A stretch of DNA of 64,000 nt, taken from positions 68,882,001 through 68,946,000 of the forward strand of contig OX597831.1 of assembly GCA_951406725.2 (NCBI GenBank), read 5' to 3'. Position numbers and translations under genes: made by a program. The DNA is from Octopus vulgaris. Lineage: Eukaryota. Shown here piece by piece: positions 37,154 through 50,834 of this stretch (position 1 is the first letter of the stretch; the number at the start of each line of letters is the position of its first letter). The notes beneath the pieces were generated by a model. That model saw nothing but the letters and a program-made list of their open reading frames with translations, was not told where the DNA came from and made no database searches.

Positions 37154-38184
37154 GAAGAATGTCCTGTAGACTTCTACAAAATGTTGCCTTTTAGGAACAT
37201 GAGTGTTTTAAGCACTTGAAAGACTATTGAAAGTTTGTGGTTACCTAAGTTTACAGGTAGTAATCTGCTACCCATATAAATTCTACCAGGAATAAGAATA
37301 AACCTGAGTCAAATCAACAACAACAACAACAGCAGTAATAATGGCTTTTGGTTTAGGCACAGGGCTGACCATCTTTTAGTTGACTTCAGACTCTAATACT
37401 GGACTGCTACTGTATTTTATTAACCCCAGCAGGACCAAAAGGTTAAGTTGATCTCAGTGGGACTCAAATTTAAGGATGTCAAATGTCAGAACAAATAATG
37501 CAAAATAATTTTTTGACTTCAGCAATACTACCAGCTGAATGCTGATAATTTTTATACTTTGATACAATATCACGAAATTATAAGTGAATTAACTTATAAC
37601 TGGTGTATATTTTCTTTATTCAACATTTTCCTAACTACATAACAATGCCTGCATTCATGAGGATGTTATTTGTGCATAATACGCTCTCGTTTACTCTAGC
37701 TTATTATCAAATTGTTAGTAGACTCACTTTATCTAATGCTGTTTGTGTTGCAATTTTTATCTTGCGACACAAACACATTTTTATCTTAAAATGTGTTTAT
37801 CTCATATCAAAAACTTTATAAATTCCTGATATAAGTTTATACTATACAATGAGCAAATAGAATAAAATTTATTTAGTAGAAAATTTATTCTTTTAATAGA
37901 CAATCCGTTTCAAGAGAAATTCAATGAATCCTGTGTAAATTAGTGCAGTAGTTTAGTTGTGAACAAATCAGCTACTTTAATTCGGTATTTAACTAGTGTC
38001 TATTTACTTTACTCAACATTTTTCTAACTACATAATAATGCCTGCATTCATAAGGAGGTTATTTTTGCTAAAACTATTGTGAAAATGATTGTAAATCACA
38101 ACACTGTAAAGGTTTTTACACTGTAACTCTAAGGTTTAAGTTAAAGAGATTTTTTTCAACATTATTTGAGTTTATATTATACTG

Positions 38185-39040
38185 AGACCATAACCCGGGG
38201 CCTATGCCTATTTCTTTATTACCCACAAGGGGCTAAACACAGAGGGGACAAACAAGGACAGACAAATGGATTAAGTCGATTATATCAACCCCAGTGCGTG
38301 ACTGGTACTTCTTTAATCGACCCCGAAAGGATGAAAGGCAGAGTCGACCTCGGCGAAATTTGAACTGAGAACGTAGCGGCAGACGAAATACTGCTAAGCA
38401 TTTCACCCGGCGTGCTAACGATTCTGCCAGCTCGCCGCCCTACCCCGGGGCCTATGCCAGTGGTGTATAACCAGCCCACTTATGAGTCTCTTTCATTCAT
38501 TAGACAATAAACTTTGCTTGCAAAGACCTGTTGAGGCAAGTGAAATCAAAATCGCTGATGTGGCCGATGACAGTACCGCCTGAGTGGCACTCGTGCCAGT
38601 GGACCGTTAAAAGCACCATCCGAGTGTGATCATTACTGGGGCTACTGACTGGCTCTTGTTCTGGCGGCACGTAAAAAGCACCATTTGAGTGTGATAGTTG
38701 CTAGCGTCGCCTTATTGGCACATGTGCCAGTGGCACGTGAAAAACAGCATTCTACCGTGGTTGTTGCCAGTGCCACCAGACTGGCCCCCATGCAGGTGGC
38801 ATGTAAAAAACACCTTTTGAGCGTGATCATTGCCAGTATCGCCTGACTGGCCTTCATGCTGGTGGCACGGAGAAGCACCCACTATGCTCTCAGAGTGGTT
38901 GGCGTTTGGAAGGGTAACCAGCTGTAGAAACTTTGCCAGATCAGACTGGAGCCTGGTGCAGCCTTCTGGCTCACCAGTCCTCAGTCAAACCGTTCAACCC
39001 ATGCCAGCAAGGAAAGCAGATGTTAAACGATGATGATGAT
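38185..39040 (+). mobile_element. RTE 3' UTR with ~60-bp internal repeats, interrupted by a family B SINE (38209-38440, minus)
   Basis: ~18-bp TSD ta(a/c)cccggggcctatgcc; homologous to 5200-5525. Confidence 0.8.
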
Positions 39041-40109
39041 GTATTGACTTAGTTTTCCTCTCCTTCAGTGTTGTTAAAATAAGTCACAATAATTTACTAG
39101 TGTTCAGTGACTGTAATTTGTATGCTTTTTCTAACCAACCAGGGAATCCTGAGTGTCAGCAAAATTGCTATTATTGAGACCAATCTAGTAAGGAGATAGA
39201 AAAACTGGATTGTGGTATAAAATGTCTTATAATTATTAGTTTCTTCTTTCCACATTCTGAGTTTAAATACCACTTAAATAAATTTGGCCTAGAATTGACA
39301 AAATAATCACCAGTTATCTAATGAAGACAACCATTAGTTGCATCATACAATATTTAGCTCATTTTCTCTTCACTCTGTTTTGAATTTCTGCTCAGGGAGA
39401 CTTTTTATGTTATATGTATGTCTCCAAGGTCTTTGAAAAAGACACCGATCATGCACTGAAGTCATTTATAAGTTTATAGCATTATATCAAAGTAGGCAAT
39501 CATCATCATCATCATCACTGATAGATTGATAGAATTGCTAAAACATCAGATTAAATGTCATACATATTTCTCCCAGTACTTTATGTTCTGAGTTCAAATT
39601 CCAATGAAATCAACTTTGTCATCCCTCAAATGTTGTTAAAATAAAGTATGGGTCAAGTACTGGTGTCGATTGTATCAACTAAGCCTATCCTCCTAAAACT
39701 GCTGGTCTTGTGCCATGATGTGAAATGATGATGATTGTTATCATTATTTCATTTTTCCCACCTCAATATGCTTCTTATAACCTAGACGTTTTTCTACTTT
39801 GATAGCTGCAACCAATAGCCTTAGGTTACAAGTACCAACTTCCTTGTTTCTTTCATACTTTTTCGTCAATCTAATCATCAAGTGTGATATTTTTCCTTTT
39901 TCCTGTAAGCAAACACTTTGCTATAGCTCTGTCTCACAATCTGCTTTAATCTTTATCCATTTTGCACTATTGTTCATTACTGTCTCTTATTCTCCTACAA
40001 TTACTGGTGTAATGGGATTATAAAAGAGGATAAAAGATGGATAAGGAGACTATTGAAGTCAAAGTTGAATGGTGGTAACACAGTGTCAGCTATAAATTTG
40101 AGTGCAGTA

Positions 40110-40490
40110 TCTATTATTAAATATGAAGTAAATATAGGCATTATTAAATCTCAGAACGAGATGTAAACAGTAATCGCTCGACAATGTAAAGTATAATAGC
40201 CATCTTAATATGGCTAACCACAAAGGGGGGGTGTTACTGTAGCTTTTTAGCCTCAGGAGATCGACATCTCCAGCTGGCTTTAGACACACTTTCTGTGCCC
40301 TTCAGGTATTTGCAAAGGGAGGCCATCCCTTCCTCGTAAGCCTTAGTGATACGCACCGGACCAGTTTCGAGATTATTGTCTCTTATCAACAGGCGGTAAT
40401 CACCAGATCACGATGAAAGACAAGGCCTGTTTGCAAATATATAAGAGTTTTTCTAGTGACGTCTGCCACTGATTTCGGGGGCTAAAAAGC
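40110..40490 (-). mobile_element. Single permuted copy of the 357-bp HHR repeat family
   Basis: Homologous to 61460-62243; degenerate HHR at 40352-40396: TTGATAA-GAGA(caataa)TCTC-GAAA-C(tg)GTC. Confidence 0.7.
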
Positions 40491-40494
40491 TGAA

Positions 40495-41330
40495 GTAAAT
40501 ATAATTGAGTGGGAAAAATCAGATCAACTGGCCTTAGACTGTAAGACAAGAAAATTCTTAACAATGTTTGATATCTATCTCAAGGTGAGTTTTGCATCAA
40601 TTACGTGTGAAAAGAGGGACTGGTGGAATAGAATTTATCAGTGTAAAGGATTGTGTCAAGGCCAGTAATTTTGGGGGGTGGGGTTAGTTGATTACATAAA
40701 CCCTAGTGTTCAGCTGGTGTTCCTTTTATCGACTCTGAAAGGTGAAAGACAAATTTGACCTTGGTAGAATTTGAACTCAGAATGTAAAGGTGGATGAAAT
40801 GCCACAAAGCCTTTCGCCTGGTGTACCAACGATCTTGATAACTTTCCACTTTTGGATTGAGTTGATTTTGAGAAGATCAGTTTACTAAGGTACCTAGAAG
40901 CAATTGAGGAAATGTTGCTACAGAGGAGGCCCTCTCGGAGAAAATACTTAAAGCAATTGATAATGAAAACAAAGATGCAATACATGATAGGTGTCATGAG
41001 AAAAACAGAAGCAAGCCCTTAAGGAGCCATTTTGGCAGGTATCAAATGAAGTGAGGGGTAAGAATTCTTGGGATCAGCTTCGAAAAGATAAGTTGGGAAG
41101 AGAAACAGAGATAATGACAGTGAATATTGAAAGCCAATCTATTACAAATGCCAAGAGAAGACATGTTTTTGGGGAAGCAACATTTCCTGCATGTAGATCA
41201 TGTGGTATGTATGATGAGCCAGTGGTGGCACAATTAGTGTCTGAATGTCTGAAGCTTGCACAGAGAGCAGGAGAGTACAAAAAGTGGTGACTTTGCCAGA
41301 AATAGGAGTCTGTCCACTTGAAGACAGTAT
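40495..41330 (+). mobile_element. R4/Dong-like LINE relics with a family B SINE at 40650-40850
   Basis: W....LALDCKTRKFLTM; CRSCGMYDE...SECLKLAQ..EYK. Confidence 0.65.
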
Positions 41331-41954
41331 GAACATGATGGTGATTTTTGTTCATCAGTTTTAGTTCAAATTAAACCAGGATCAATTGTATCGTTCAACT
41401 CTCCACAGACAATAATATGCTTGCCATTGAAATACAATTCAATCATTTATAAGTACCCACTTCAACCCAATTTCAAAGTAAGAAATTACACGAAACAGGA
41501 CTAGTGTGTATCATCGAAATGTTGACAGTTTTATTAATGATAGAAAAATGACAACAAAAGATATGTGTGTATAAACAGTACTGAAGTATGCAAACAACTG
41601 GACATACTTTTCTTAATGTTTATGAAGCTTTCCATTACATATATTTGAATATAAAGGCAGATATACGTGTGTGTGTGTACATATAGAATATACAAGGAGT
41701 TTTTGTCAACTGATGTAATGTAATAGGTTTGTACTACAAGTGCTCAGCTTGGTTTACCACTAAAACTCTGGCTGGAACTGCAATTGAAGAGTGTGGTGTT
41801 GGATCTGCCTATCAAGGACAACCACAAGTGGCTTCTCCTTGAGCAGGGGGATACAGATTAAAGCAAAAAAGGGAAAAGCAAATTATTTTCATTTGCTTTT
41901 TCATTTTTTATTTTAATCTATCTATGTATCTATGTATGTATGTATGTATCTATC

Positions 41955-42223
41955 TATTCTTTTAGTTGTTCCAGTCATTTTACTCAGGCCATGCTGTAGC
42001 ACTACCTTAAAGGGTTTTTAGTCAAAGAAATCAACCCCAAGACTTAATTCTTTGTAAGCCTAATACTTATTCTATCAGTCTCTTTTGATGAACTGCTAAG
42101 TTATGGAGATGTAAACACAATAACATCAGTTGTCGAGTGATGGAGAGGGGACAAACACAGACACAAAGATGCACTCACATATATATATATATATATATAT
42201 ACATGCATACATATACATATGCA

Positions 42224-42283
<60 letters not shown>

Positions 42284-42662
42284 GGTGCGGTGCAGGAGTG
42301 GCTGTGTGGTAAGAAGCTTGCTTCCCAACTACATGGTTCTGGGTTCAGTCTCACTGCTTGGCATCTTGGGCAAGTGTCTTCTGTTATAGCCTTGGGCCAA
42401 CCAAAGCTTTGTGAGTGGATTGGTAACCAGAAGCTGAAAGAAGCTGAAATATATTTGTGTGTTTCAATGTTTGTCCCCTCACCATCGCTCAACAACTGAT
42501 GTTAGTATGCGTAAGTCCCCGTAACTAAGCAGTTTGGCAAAAGAGACCAATAGAATAAGTACTAGGTTTACAAAGAAAAAGTGCTGGGATCGATTTGTTT
42601 GACTGAAGGTCGTGCTCCAGCATGGCTGCAGTCAAATGACTGACATAAGTAAAAGAAAAAAA

Positions 42663-42696
<34 letters not shown>

Positions 42697-42790
42697 GATG
42701 GGCTTCTTTCAGTTTCCATCCACCAAATCCACTCACAAGGCTTTGGTCAACCCGAGGTTATAGTAGAAGACACTTGCTGAAGACACTTGC
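41955..42790. mobile_element. Family A SINE (-) with a family A SINE (+, 42287-42662) nested in its central microsatellite
   Basis: Outer 3' half 41955-42180 and outer 5' part 42690-42790. Confidence 0.85.
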
Positions 42791-42934
42791 ATGAGATGAA
42801 AAAGAGCCTTGACTTAGTCACAACATACTCAAAGAATGTAGGATTGGAGTTTGATCAGGATAAATGTTGTTATATGGTTGGGAAAAGGGGGGAAACTATA
42901 AACTAGACTAGTAATATCTCCATCAATGATTTAA

Positions 42935-43247
42935 CTGTTTCATCAGCATAGAGGAGCTCCCAGGGGCAACCCGTCTTGAATTCCTCTGTTATTACCTGGA
43001 GGACTATGATGAATAAAAGGGGACTCAGGGCTGAACCTTGGTGGACCCCTACTTCTACCTGGAATTCTTCACTATACTCGTTGCCAATCCTAACCTTGCT
43101 GACAGCCTCTCTGTATAGGGCCTGTACAGCCCTTATTAACCATTTGTCAATCTCCAGTTTCCACATCGCCCACCAGGTAAGGGATCAGGGGACCCTGTCA
43201 AAGGCTTTCTCCAAGTCCACGAAAGCTATGTGGAGGGGTTTATCTTT
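42935..43247 (-). mobile_element. RTE LINE RT fragment
   Basis: AFVDLEKAFDRVP...VGVHQGSALSPLLF...PWELLYADE. Confidence 0.9.
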
Positions 43248-43595
43248 AGTGGCTGTGTGGTAAAAAGCTTGCTTCCCGACCACATAGTTCCAGGTTCAGT
43301 CCCACTGCATGGCACCTTAGGCAAGTGTCTACTGCTATAGCCAGGTAACTGGAAACTGAAAGAAGCCTGTCATATATGTATATGCTTGTGTGTCTGTGTT
43401 TGTCCTCAAACTATCACTTGCCAGCCAATGTTGATGTGTTTACGTCCTCATAACTTAGCAGTTCACCAAAACAGACCAATAGAATAAGTACTAGGTTTAC
43501 AAATAATAAGTCCTGGGGTTGATTTGTTCAACTAAAGGTGGTGCTTCAGTATGGCCACAGTCAAATGACTGAAACAAGGAAAAAAAGGGAAAGAA
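43248..43595 (+). mobile_element. SINE family A
   Basis: Family motifs with an internal deletion. Confidence 0.85.
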
Positions 43596-43631
43596 TATAT
43601 TCACATACACACATGTATATCATATAAACAA

Positions 43632-43662
<31 letters not shown>

Positions 43663-43757
43663 TATACATATACACTTTCATACACACCTTGATGCAAGTT
43701 GTTCACAGTTGGGCCCTGCACCTCCGAAGGCCAGCTCTGATTGATTGATTGATTGAT

Positions 43758-43793
<36 letters not shown>

Positions 43794-43867
43794 AAGATAG
43801 ATAGAAATCCGCTCCTTTCTCAGAAAAAGAATTTCAATAATTGAAAACAGAAAATAACACACACACA

Positions 43868-43925
<58 letters not shown>

Positions 43926-44665
43926 TCTTTTGTGAGTGTGAGAGAGAGAGATAGAGAAAGAGTGATAATGAGTGCAATACAATGGAACAAGGGATTAATA
44001 TGTAAATGTGAAGTCCAAATAATCTATTTGCAAATTAATTCCCAAAGGAAATGAATATATTGGATACTAATGATACTAATACTTATTTATATTCTTTCTT
44101 TGTATGGAATGAAATATTGACAAAACATTCTTACAATTTCATAGTGGCATAATTCTTTGATCTTCACTCAGCTACCTTTAACTCTCTCTATTTGTTATTT
44201 CAGTTCCTTAATTATCTGCAGAGTTTAATGCTTGGTGACCCCCCCCCCAAAAAAACAATAATAAAAACAAAACAAAAAACCATATAAAGACAAACAAAAA
44301 CACAAATTTTAGCAACATGATAAGATATAGGTGTGTATGGGTGGGGGCTTGGTTAAAGTTTTCCTCTTGGTATGATAATAGCATTCAAGATCCTATTCCA
44401 TTTTAGGTTTTGTGAAACTAATGAAAGAAGAGAACAGTAACATGGTATTGCATACATATACTCGTTAACAAGTGAATATTCCGAAGCAAGCATTTCCAGT
44501 TTCAAAAAGCCAGTCAAGATTATTAACAGAATCATTGTAAATAGACCAATAAGGAAAAATTATTATAAGCAGAATACAATAGAAAAACGTAAAAGAAAGT
44601 ATTTCATACTCCTTGAGGGTAACATATTCATAGAACTAAGATGTTTCTATCAGATTAGATATTTA

Positions 44666-45092
44666 GGATCCTTTTGGTTTGAACGGCAGTTTTTTCTAGC
44701 GGTGTCATATGAAATTGTCACCCATAATTATGACCCTAATATCGATCTATTTCATTTCAATCTGTTTTAGGGTTAGGGTTAGGGTTAGGGGTGGGGGGAA
44801 GGGTATCTTTTTTTCTTCACAAATGTAAATAAACCCAATCTGTTTCTTAAACGAGGGACATATTCATATGGCTCAGAATGCTTTTTTTAACCTCAATAGA
44901 CGTCAGAGATTGGTTGAAATTGCAGAAACTGAAGAAAAAAAAACAACAAATATCTTCCAAACTATAGAATTTTCTCAATAAAGGCAAGAGAGGAAGATGT
45001 TTTATAAACACATTCTACCAGTATACGAAGTTTAAAAGTATTTAGTAACGTGGAAACTATGTTTAAAATTGCCGTTCAAACCGAAAAGATCC
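44666..45092 (+). mobile_element. Merlin-like MITE with (TTAGGG)4
   Basis: TIRs plus perfect 8-bp TSD GATATTTA. Confidence 0.9.
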
Positions 45093-45314
45093 GATATTTA
45101 TAAAAATTGATGAGTTTTGATTTACTTAAACTAAATTGCAAAACGTAATTTAAAACACATTTTTCATAAAGGAAGGGAGATAACTCTACATATAAAGAAA
45201 ATTTCAGGGGGATAACTCCCAATCAAAATTTTTTTTTAGTGTAAGCAACTATGTTTTATTTTTGTGTACGTTATGAATACATGCATGCGAATGAGCAGTA
45301 AACACACATATCAA

Positions 45315-45703
45315 TTAATTGTTTCTGTCAGCAGACTGTAGCCGTGTTGAGGCATCACCTTGAAGAATTTTAGTCGAACAAATCGGCCACCATACTTATT
45401 TTTTAAAGCCTTGTTCTTTTCCCGAGCGACTAAGTTACGGGGACGTGAACATAACCAGCACCAGGAGTGGAACGGTGGTGGGAGGCAAAGACAAAGACAC
45501 AGGCATGTGTGTATATATATATATATATATATACATACACACACACACACGACAGGCTTCTTTGAGTTTACATCAACCAAATCCTTTCTTAAGGCTTTGG
45601 TCGGCCCGATGTTAGAGTAAAAGACACTTGTCCAAGATGCCTTACGGTGAGACCCGAACCCGGAACCATGTGGTTGGTAAGCAAGCTACTTACCACACAG
45701 CTA
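45315..45703 (-). mobile_element. SINE family A
   Basis: Family motifs. Confidence 0.8.
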
Positions 45704-46196
45704 CAATATTCTTAAGGCCACAATTTACTCACACGCAGCATCTTCAGAACTTTGTCGCTAATTCAGTTCTTAACCAAATTGAAAACTCTCCTATATTTAA
45801 GAGATGAGGAATTATGTACATTATTTACATTTGACATTTTTTCAAATGTAAATAATATAAATAACATAAATTGAAAACTGTTAACATTTTTGAAGAGGGC
45901 TGGTCCCTAGCTACTTTTTAGCATTAAAAAATTGAGATTTGGTCCAGTAGAAAAAAGTTTGCATCAAAATTTGTAGCAATGTTATAGGAGAGTAAGTAAC
46001 GCCACCATTCAAGTTTAGATCTAAATAACTTTTTTATTTCAAAAGCAAAATATATTTCTCTTAGCTTCAATGATAGAAGAAAGCATGAAGAATTTCATAG
46101 TTTTGATGTCATGCAACAAAAATTTGTATCAAAAAAGTTCTGAGGTAAAATATCATGAAAAAAAGTATAAGTAAGGCAAAAAATTGGATTTAAGTA

Positions 46197-46604
46197 TACT
46201 CTTTACTGTTTTACTCTTTTACTTGTTTCAGTCATTTGACTGCGGCCATGCTGGAGCACCATCTTTAATCGAGCAACTCAACCCCAGGACTTATTCTTTG
46301 TAAGCCCAGTACTTATTCTATCGGTCTCTTTTGCTGAATCGCTAAGTAACGGGGACATAAACACACCAGTATCAGTTGTCAAGCAATGCTACGGGGACAA
46401 ACACAGACACACAAACACACACATACATATACATATATACATATGTACGACGGGCTTCTTTCAGTTTCCGTCTACCAAATCCACTCACAAGGCTTTGGTC
46501 GGCCCGAGGCTATAGTAGAAGACCAAGGTGCCACGCAGTCGGCCTGAACCCGGAACCATGTGGTTGGTAAACAAGCTACTTACCACACAGCCACTCCTGC
46601 GCCT
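46197..46604 (-). mobile_element. SINE family A, full length
   Basis: Near-consensus copy. Confidence 0.9.
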
Positions 46605-47139
46605 AACATTTTTATTTTAAAAACAAACTATATTTTAATCAAGCTCAATTCGAGGAATTTCATGGTATCAATCTCATGCAATGAAGTTTTAAAAGAAAAA
46701 AAGTTACGAGTGTTTGTTTCTCAAATTTGAAGGTGATGAAATAGTTCTATACTGTTTTATGAATTTAGTTCTATAAGAGGACTTTTAATATATGTCACTG
46801 GCATCATTGAGGTAAGGAAAAAAATTATCAAAGACACTGCAAATTTGCAATTAGTTTAAATATGTCATCTATATTAATTAATGCAATTATATCATAAAAA
46901 AGAAAAAAAAATTAAAATATTATTTTAAAATTTTGGCAATAGCCTTGCCATTTTGGCAGTCTTTCATTTTAACTCAAAGGCGTGTCACACAGCTCAGCTG
47001 TTACCTTATGGCGTTCAGTAAATTATTTATTTATTTTTGTGAGTGAAAATGTACATTTTGTTTGAAGTCAGCATAAAGTGAAAGTGAAAGAGATAGGACA
47101 TGGACATGTGTGTGTTGATGGGGAATGCGAGGCAGAAAA

Positions 47140-47930
47140 ATGTGTATATGTGTGTGAGAGAGAGAGAGGGAGAGTGACAGCATACATTTTTTAATTTATT
47201 TTTTCTCGCATCTTTTTTCAGTGTATGTGTGAGTAATTGACTGAGAGAGAGAGAGAAAGAGAGAGACAGAGAAGGTGTGTGTGATAGAGAGAGAAAGCGA
47301 TAGTGTAAATTTTACTTAGCTACTTATACATACATGCCAAAAAAAATTGCATGACAACACACACCTTCACTCAGTGGCATTTTCTCCCTTCCTCACAAGC
47401 ACACATAAAAAACATGTATGCATTGCATATGTATTCATGATAATGGGTGTACATATGTGTTTGTGTGCGAGTGTGACCAACCCTAGCCATTTTACACATA
47501 CATGGCAACAACTCTCTCTCTCCCTCTCTCAGTCAATCACTCACATCACACACTCTCTAACTAAAAAAGATGCCAGAAAAGCTATATAAATAATAAAATT
47601 ATGTTATCACTCTCTCCCTTTCTCTCTCTCTCTCACACACACACACAGTGTAAGACACACCTCTCTCTCTCTCAGTCAAACACACACTAAAAAAGATGCA
47701 AAAAAGTAAATAAATATAATTTATGCTATTGCTTTCTTTCTCTCTCTCTCCCTCTCTCTATCTCTCTCTCAGTCAATCACTCATACACTCAAAAAAGATG
47801 TGAGAAAAAATAAATCAAAAATGTATGCTATCACTCTCTCCCTCACACACACACACACAACAACAACACACACCTTCTCTTTCTCTCTCTCTCCCACACA
47901 CACATACACACAACATGCACTTTAAATTTG
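47140..47930. repeat. ~120-bp diverged unit, three tandem copies plus one inverted copy
   Basis: ctctctcagtcaa...aaaaaagatg...atgctatcactctct repeated at 47520-47860; inverted copy at 47160-47260. Confidence 0.6.
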
Positions 47931-47940
47931 TTATTCAATT

Positions 47941-47968
47941 TATATATATATATATATATGTAAATATG

Positions 47969-48024
<56 letters not shown>

Positions 48025-48366
48025 TATATGTATATATATACATGTATATATATATATGTATATATATATATACATATATATATATGTATATATATATATA
48101 TACATATATGTATATATATGTATATATATATGTATATATATATGTATATATATATATATGTATATATATATACATATATATATGTATATATATACATGTA
48201 TATATATATATATGTATATATATATGTATATATATGTATACATATATATATACATATATATATATGTATATATATATGTATATATATATGTATATATATA
48301 TATACATATATATATGTATATATATATATATACATATATGTATATATATGTATATATATATGTATA

Positions 48367-48420
<54 letters not shown>

Positions 48421-48510
48421 TATATACATATATATATGCATATATATATATACATATATATATACATACATATATATATACATATATATATATATGTATA
48501 TATATATATA
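47941..48510. repeat. Long imperfect (TA)n
   Basis: Direct reading. Confidence 0.95.
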
Positions 48511-48799
48511 CTAGCAGTATCGCCCGGCGTTGCTTGGGTTTGTAAGGGAAATAATTATATAAGCATTTTTAGAGAGTTACTTCCCTTATATAACCCGAGC
48601 AAAAATCATTAAAAACGTGGAAAAATGATGGTAATTTTTTTTAAATCATAGACTCAGCGTAGATGCATGCTAATACCCAGAAGGGATCGATATGAAGGAC
48701 GACTATATGATACCCGCTTTTGGTTAAACTGCACCGCAAAAGGTGGAAGTAGTTAGGAATCTAAATCGGAGTAGACAGACACACACACACACAACTTTA

Positions 48800-48812
<13 letters not shown>
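48511..48812 (-). mobile_element. Non-autonomous Helitron, same family as 35199
   Basis: ctagcagtatcgcccggcgttgcttggg is the reverse complement of the 3' hairpin and CTAG. Confidence 0.85.
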
Positions 48813-48870
<58 letters not shown>

Positions 48871-49079
48871 ATATAGGGCAACCAGATCGAACCATCTCAA
48901 GTGTAACTGCCCGAAATGGTCATGACGTCTGGTACTTGACTAAAGAAAGAAGGCCACGAATGACCTGTCTTATTTTGCCTGTCCTTCTAATTGTTGTTTC
49001 TCGTCTACCTTTGTATCATCTATTTGTCTGAATGTTTTTATTGTCCTCTGTTGCATTTATTCCAGTTATATATACATAC

Positions 49080-49132
<53 letters not shown>

Positions 49133-49254
49133 TACATGTATGTATATGTTGAGAGAGAGAGATATGTCAAGAAGTTTGTTTCCCAACCACATGGAACTGT
49201 GTGGAACTTTGGGGAAATATCTCTTACTATAGACATGGCCTGATCAAAACCTTG

Positions 49255-49876
49255 TGAGGGCTTGACAATTGATCGAACTATCTTGATGTAGGCTGCCTCA
49301 TTGATCCTAATATCCTGTGGGAAAATAATCTGGGAGTATGACACAGCTCTTACTGCTCACAACCCCAAGACTATCTCAGATGATGTGAACTTGGTGTACA
49401 TAACAGTGGGATTTCTCTAAAGCTGGCACAAAGCCATCAGTCATTTCTCCAGTTCACTTTTTGTTCTTTAACAAAGTTCTGAGCAGGACCTGAGTATGTT
49501 GGGCTCCTCTGGGTGCTTGAGGTTGTTCATCAAGCATTTCAACCTTTTCATACAGTTCTTCTGAGACTTATTGGACATGTACTTCCTTCTTCTCATAACA
49601 TAGGATTTGTACTTTGTTTTGATGCACTGCACATCTAATTGTTGACTCCAACACATGGATATGCTTGGCAATAAGCCCTCATTTACTTGCTGGAGTTCTT
49701 GTTAATGAAGCCTAGACTTACTGAGCAAATCTGACTTTTCTGTCAATGACTGACCATTGAAAATATTTCCTTTTGAAGCTTCTATTTTGGGGCTGAAAAA
49801 TGAGAGGATATTTAGTTGAGGTTTGAGCCATATATGGTTTGTAAAAGTTTTGTTCTTAGATAGGTGACGCACCCTG
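49255..49876 (-). mobile_element. Tc1/mariner (DD37D/maT-like) relic
   Basis: TA|CAGGGTG terminus; KYKSYVMRRRKYMS...LMNNLKHP; FPQDIRINEAAYIKIVRSIVKP. Confidence 0.75.
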
Positions 49877-50151
49877 TATGCATGCATCTGTGTGTGTTTC
49901 TGTCTCCTTGCTTTGACTTTGCACGATAGTTGGGAATGTGAGTCACTGCCATGTAAGTGGTGTCCTTCCTTCCAAATCATCCATGAGAATATGTCTGGTC
50001 ATGGAGAAATATTACCTTACTTGGAAACAGGTAAAGGTTGGCAACAGGGAAGGCATCTGGTCATAGTAAAATATGCTTCCACACATCTTGTTCAACTCAT
50101 GGGAACATGGGAAAGTGGACATTAAAATGATAATGATGATATGTGCATGTG

Positions 50152-50203
<52 letters not shown>

Positions 50204-50834
50204 AGAATGAGAGAGAATGAGAGAGATGGCAGTTGATTCTTGAAAAGTGTCAGGAATTCAAATATTCTAAATGAATTTGTTTGCTTCTGTTTGGAGTTTG
50301 GATAGAGAATAAGTGGGTTTCAGGAGTGGCCCATTACCATGTTTGAAATGCAGCTTCAACATTTACCAGATAATGCTGTCAACAGTTACATAAAATATTT
50401 TCGCTCTCTCTTGAATTAGCTTCTGCAATAAAGAGACACCGTGTAGTTTCAAAAAATTCTCCCAAGTAGTTTATGTGTTGGAACTGTTAAATCTAAAATT
50501 TCTGTTTGGTAGCAAAACTAGCTTCTTTAAACAACTGCAATATGAACGATTCCACAAGTTTATCTCTGTACGAGTGTTGTAGATGTTGTTGATATTTAAA
50601 AGAATTTTGTCACATGTTATGAAATCTTTTTCTTCTATTAATTGTTCATTAAAATGTTAAAATAATCAATATATATTCTTTTTGTTCATTCAGTAGTGTT
50701 CATTCAGTTGCTTTTTGAGGTGCATTTTTTGCTATTAAAAATGGAGTTATCTCCCCACTAAAAACTTGGGTTGTCTCCTATGTATAAAAACCATCATCTT
50801 TTCTCAAGTGAGCTTTATATATATCTCTTTTAAG

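Noticed and set aside
44765-44805. True telomere or chromosome fusion scar
   Set aside because: Only 4 units, internal to a TSD-bounded MITE
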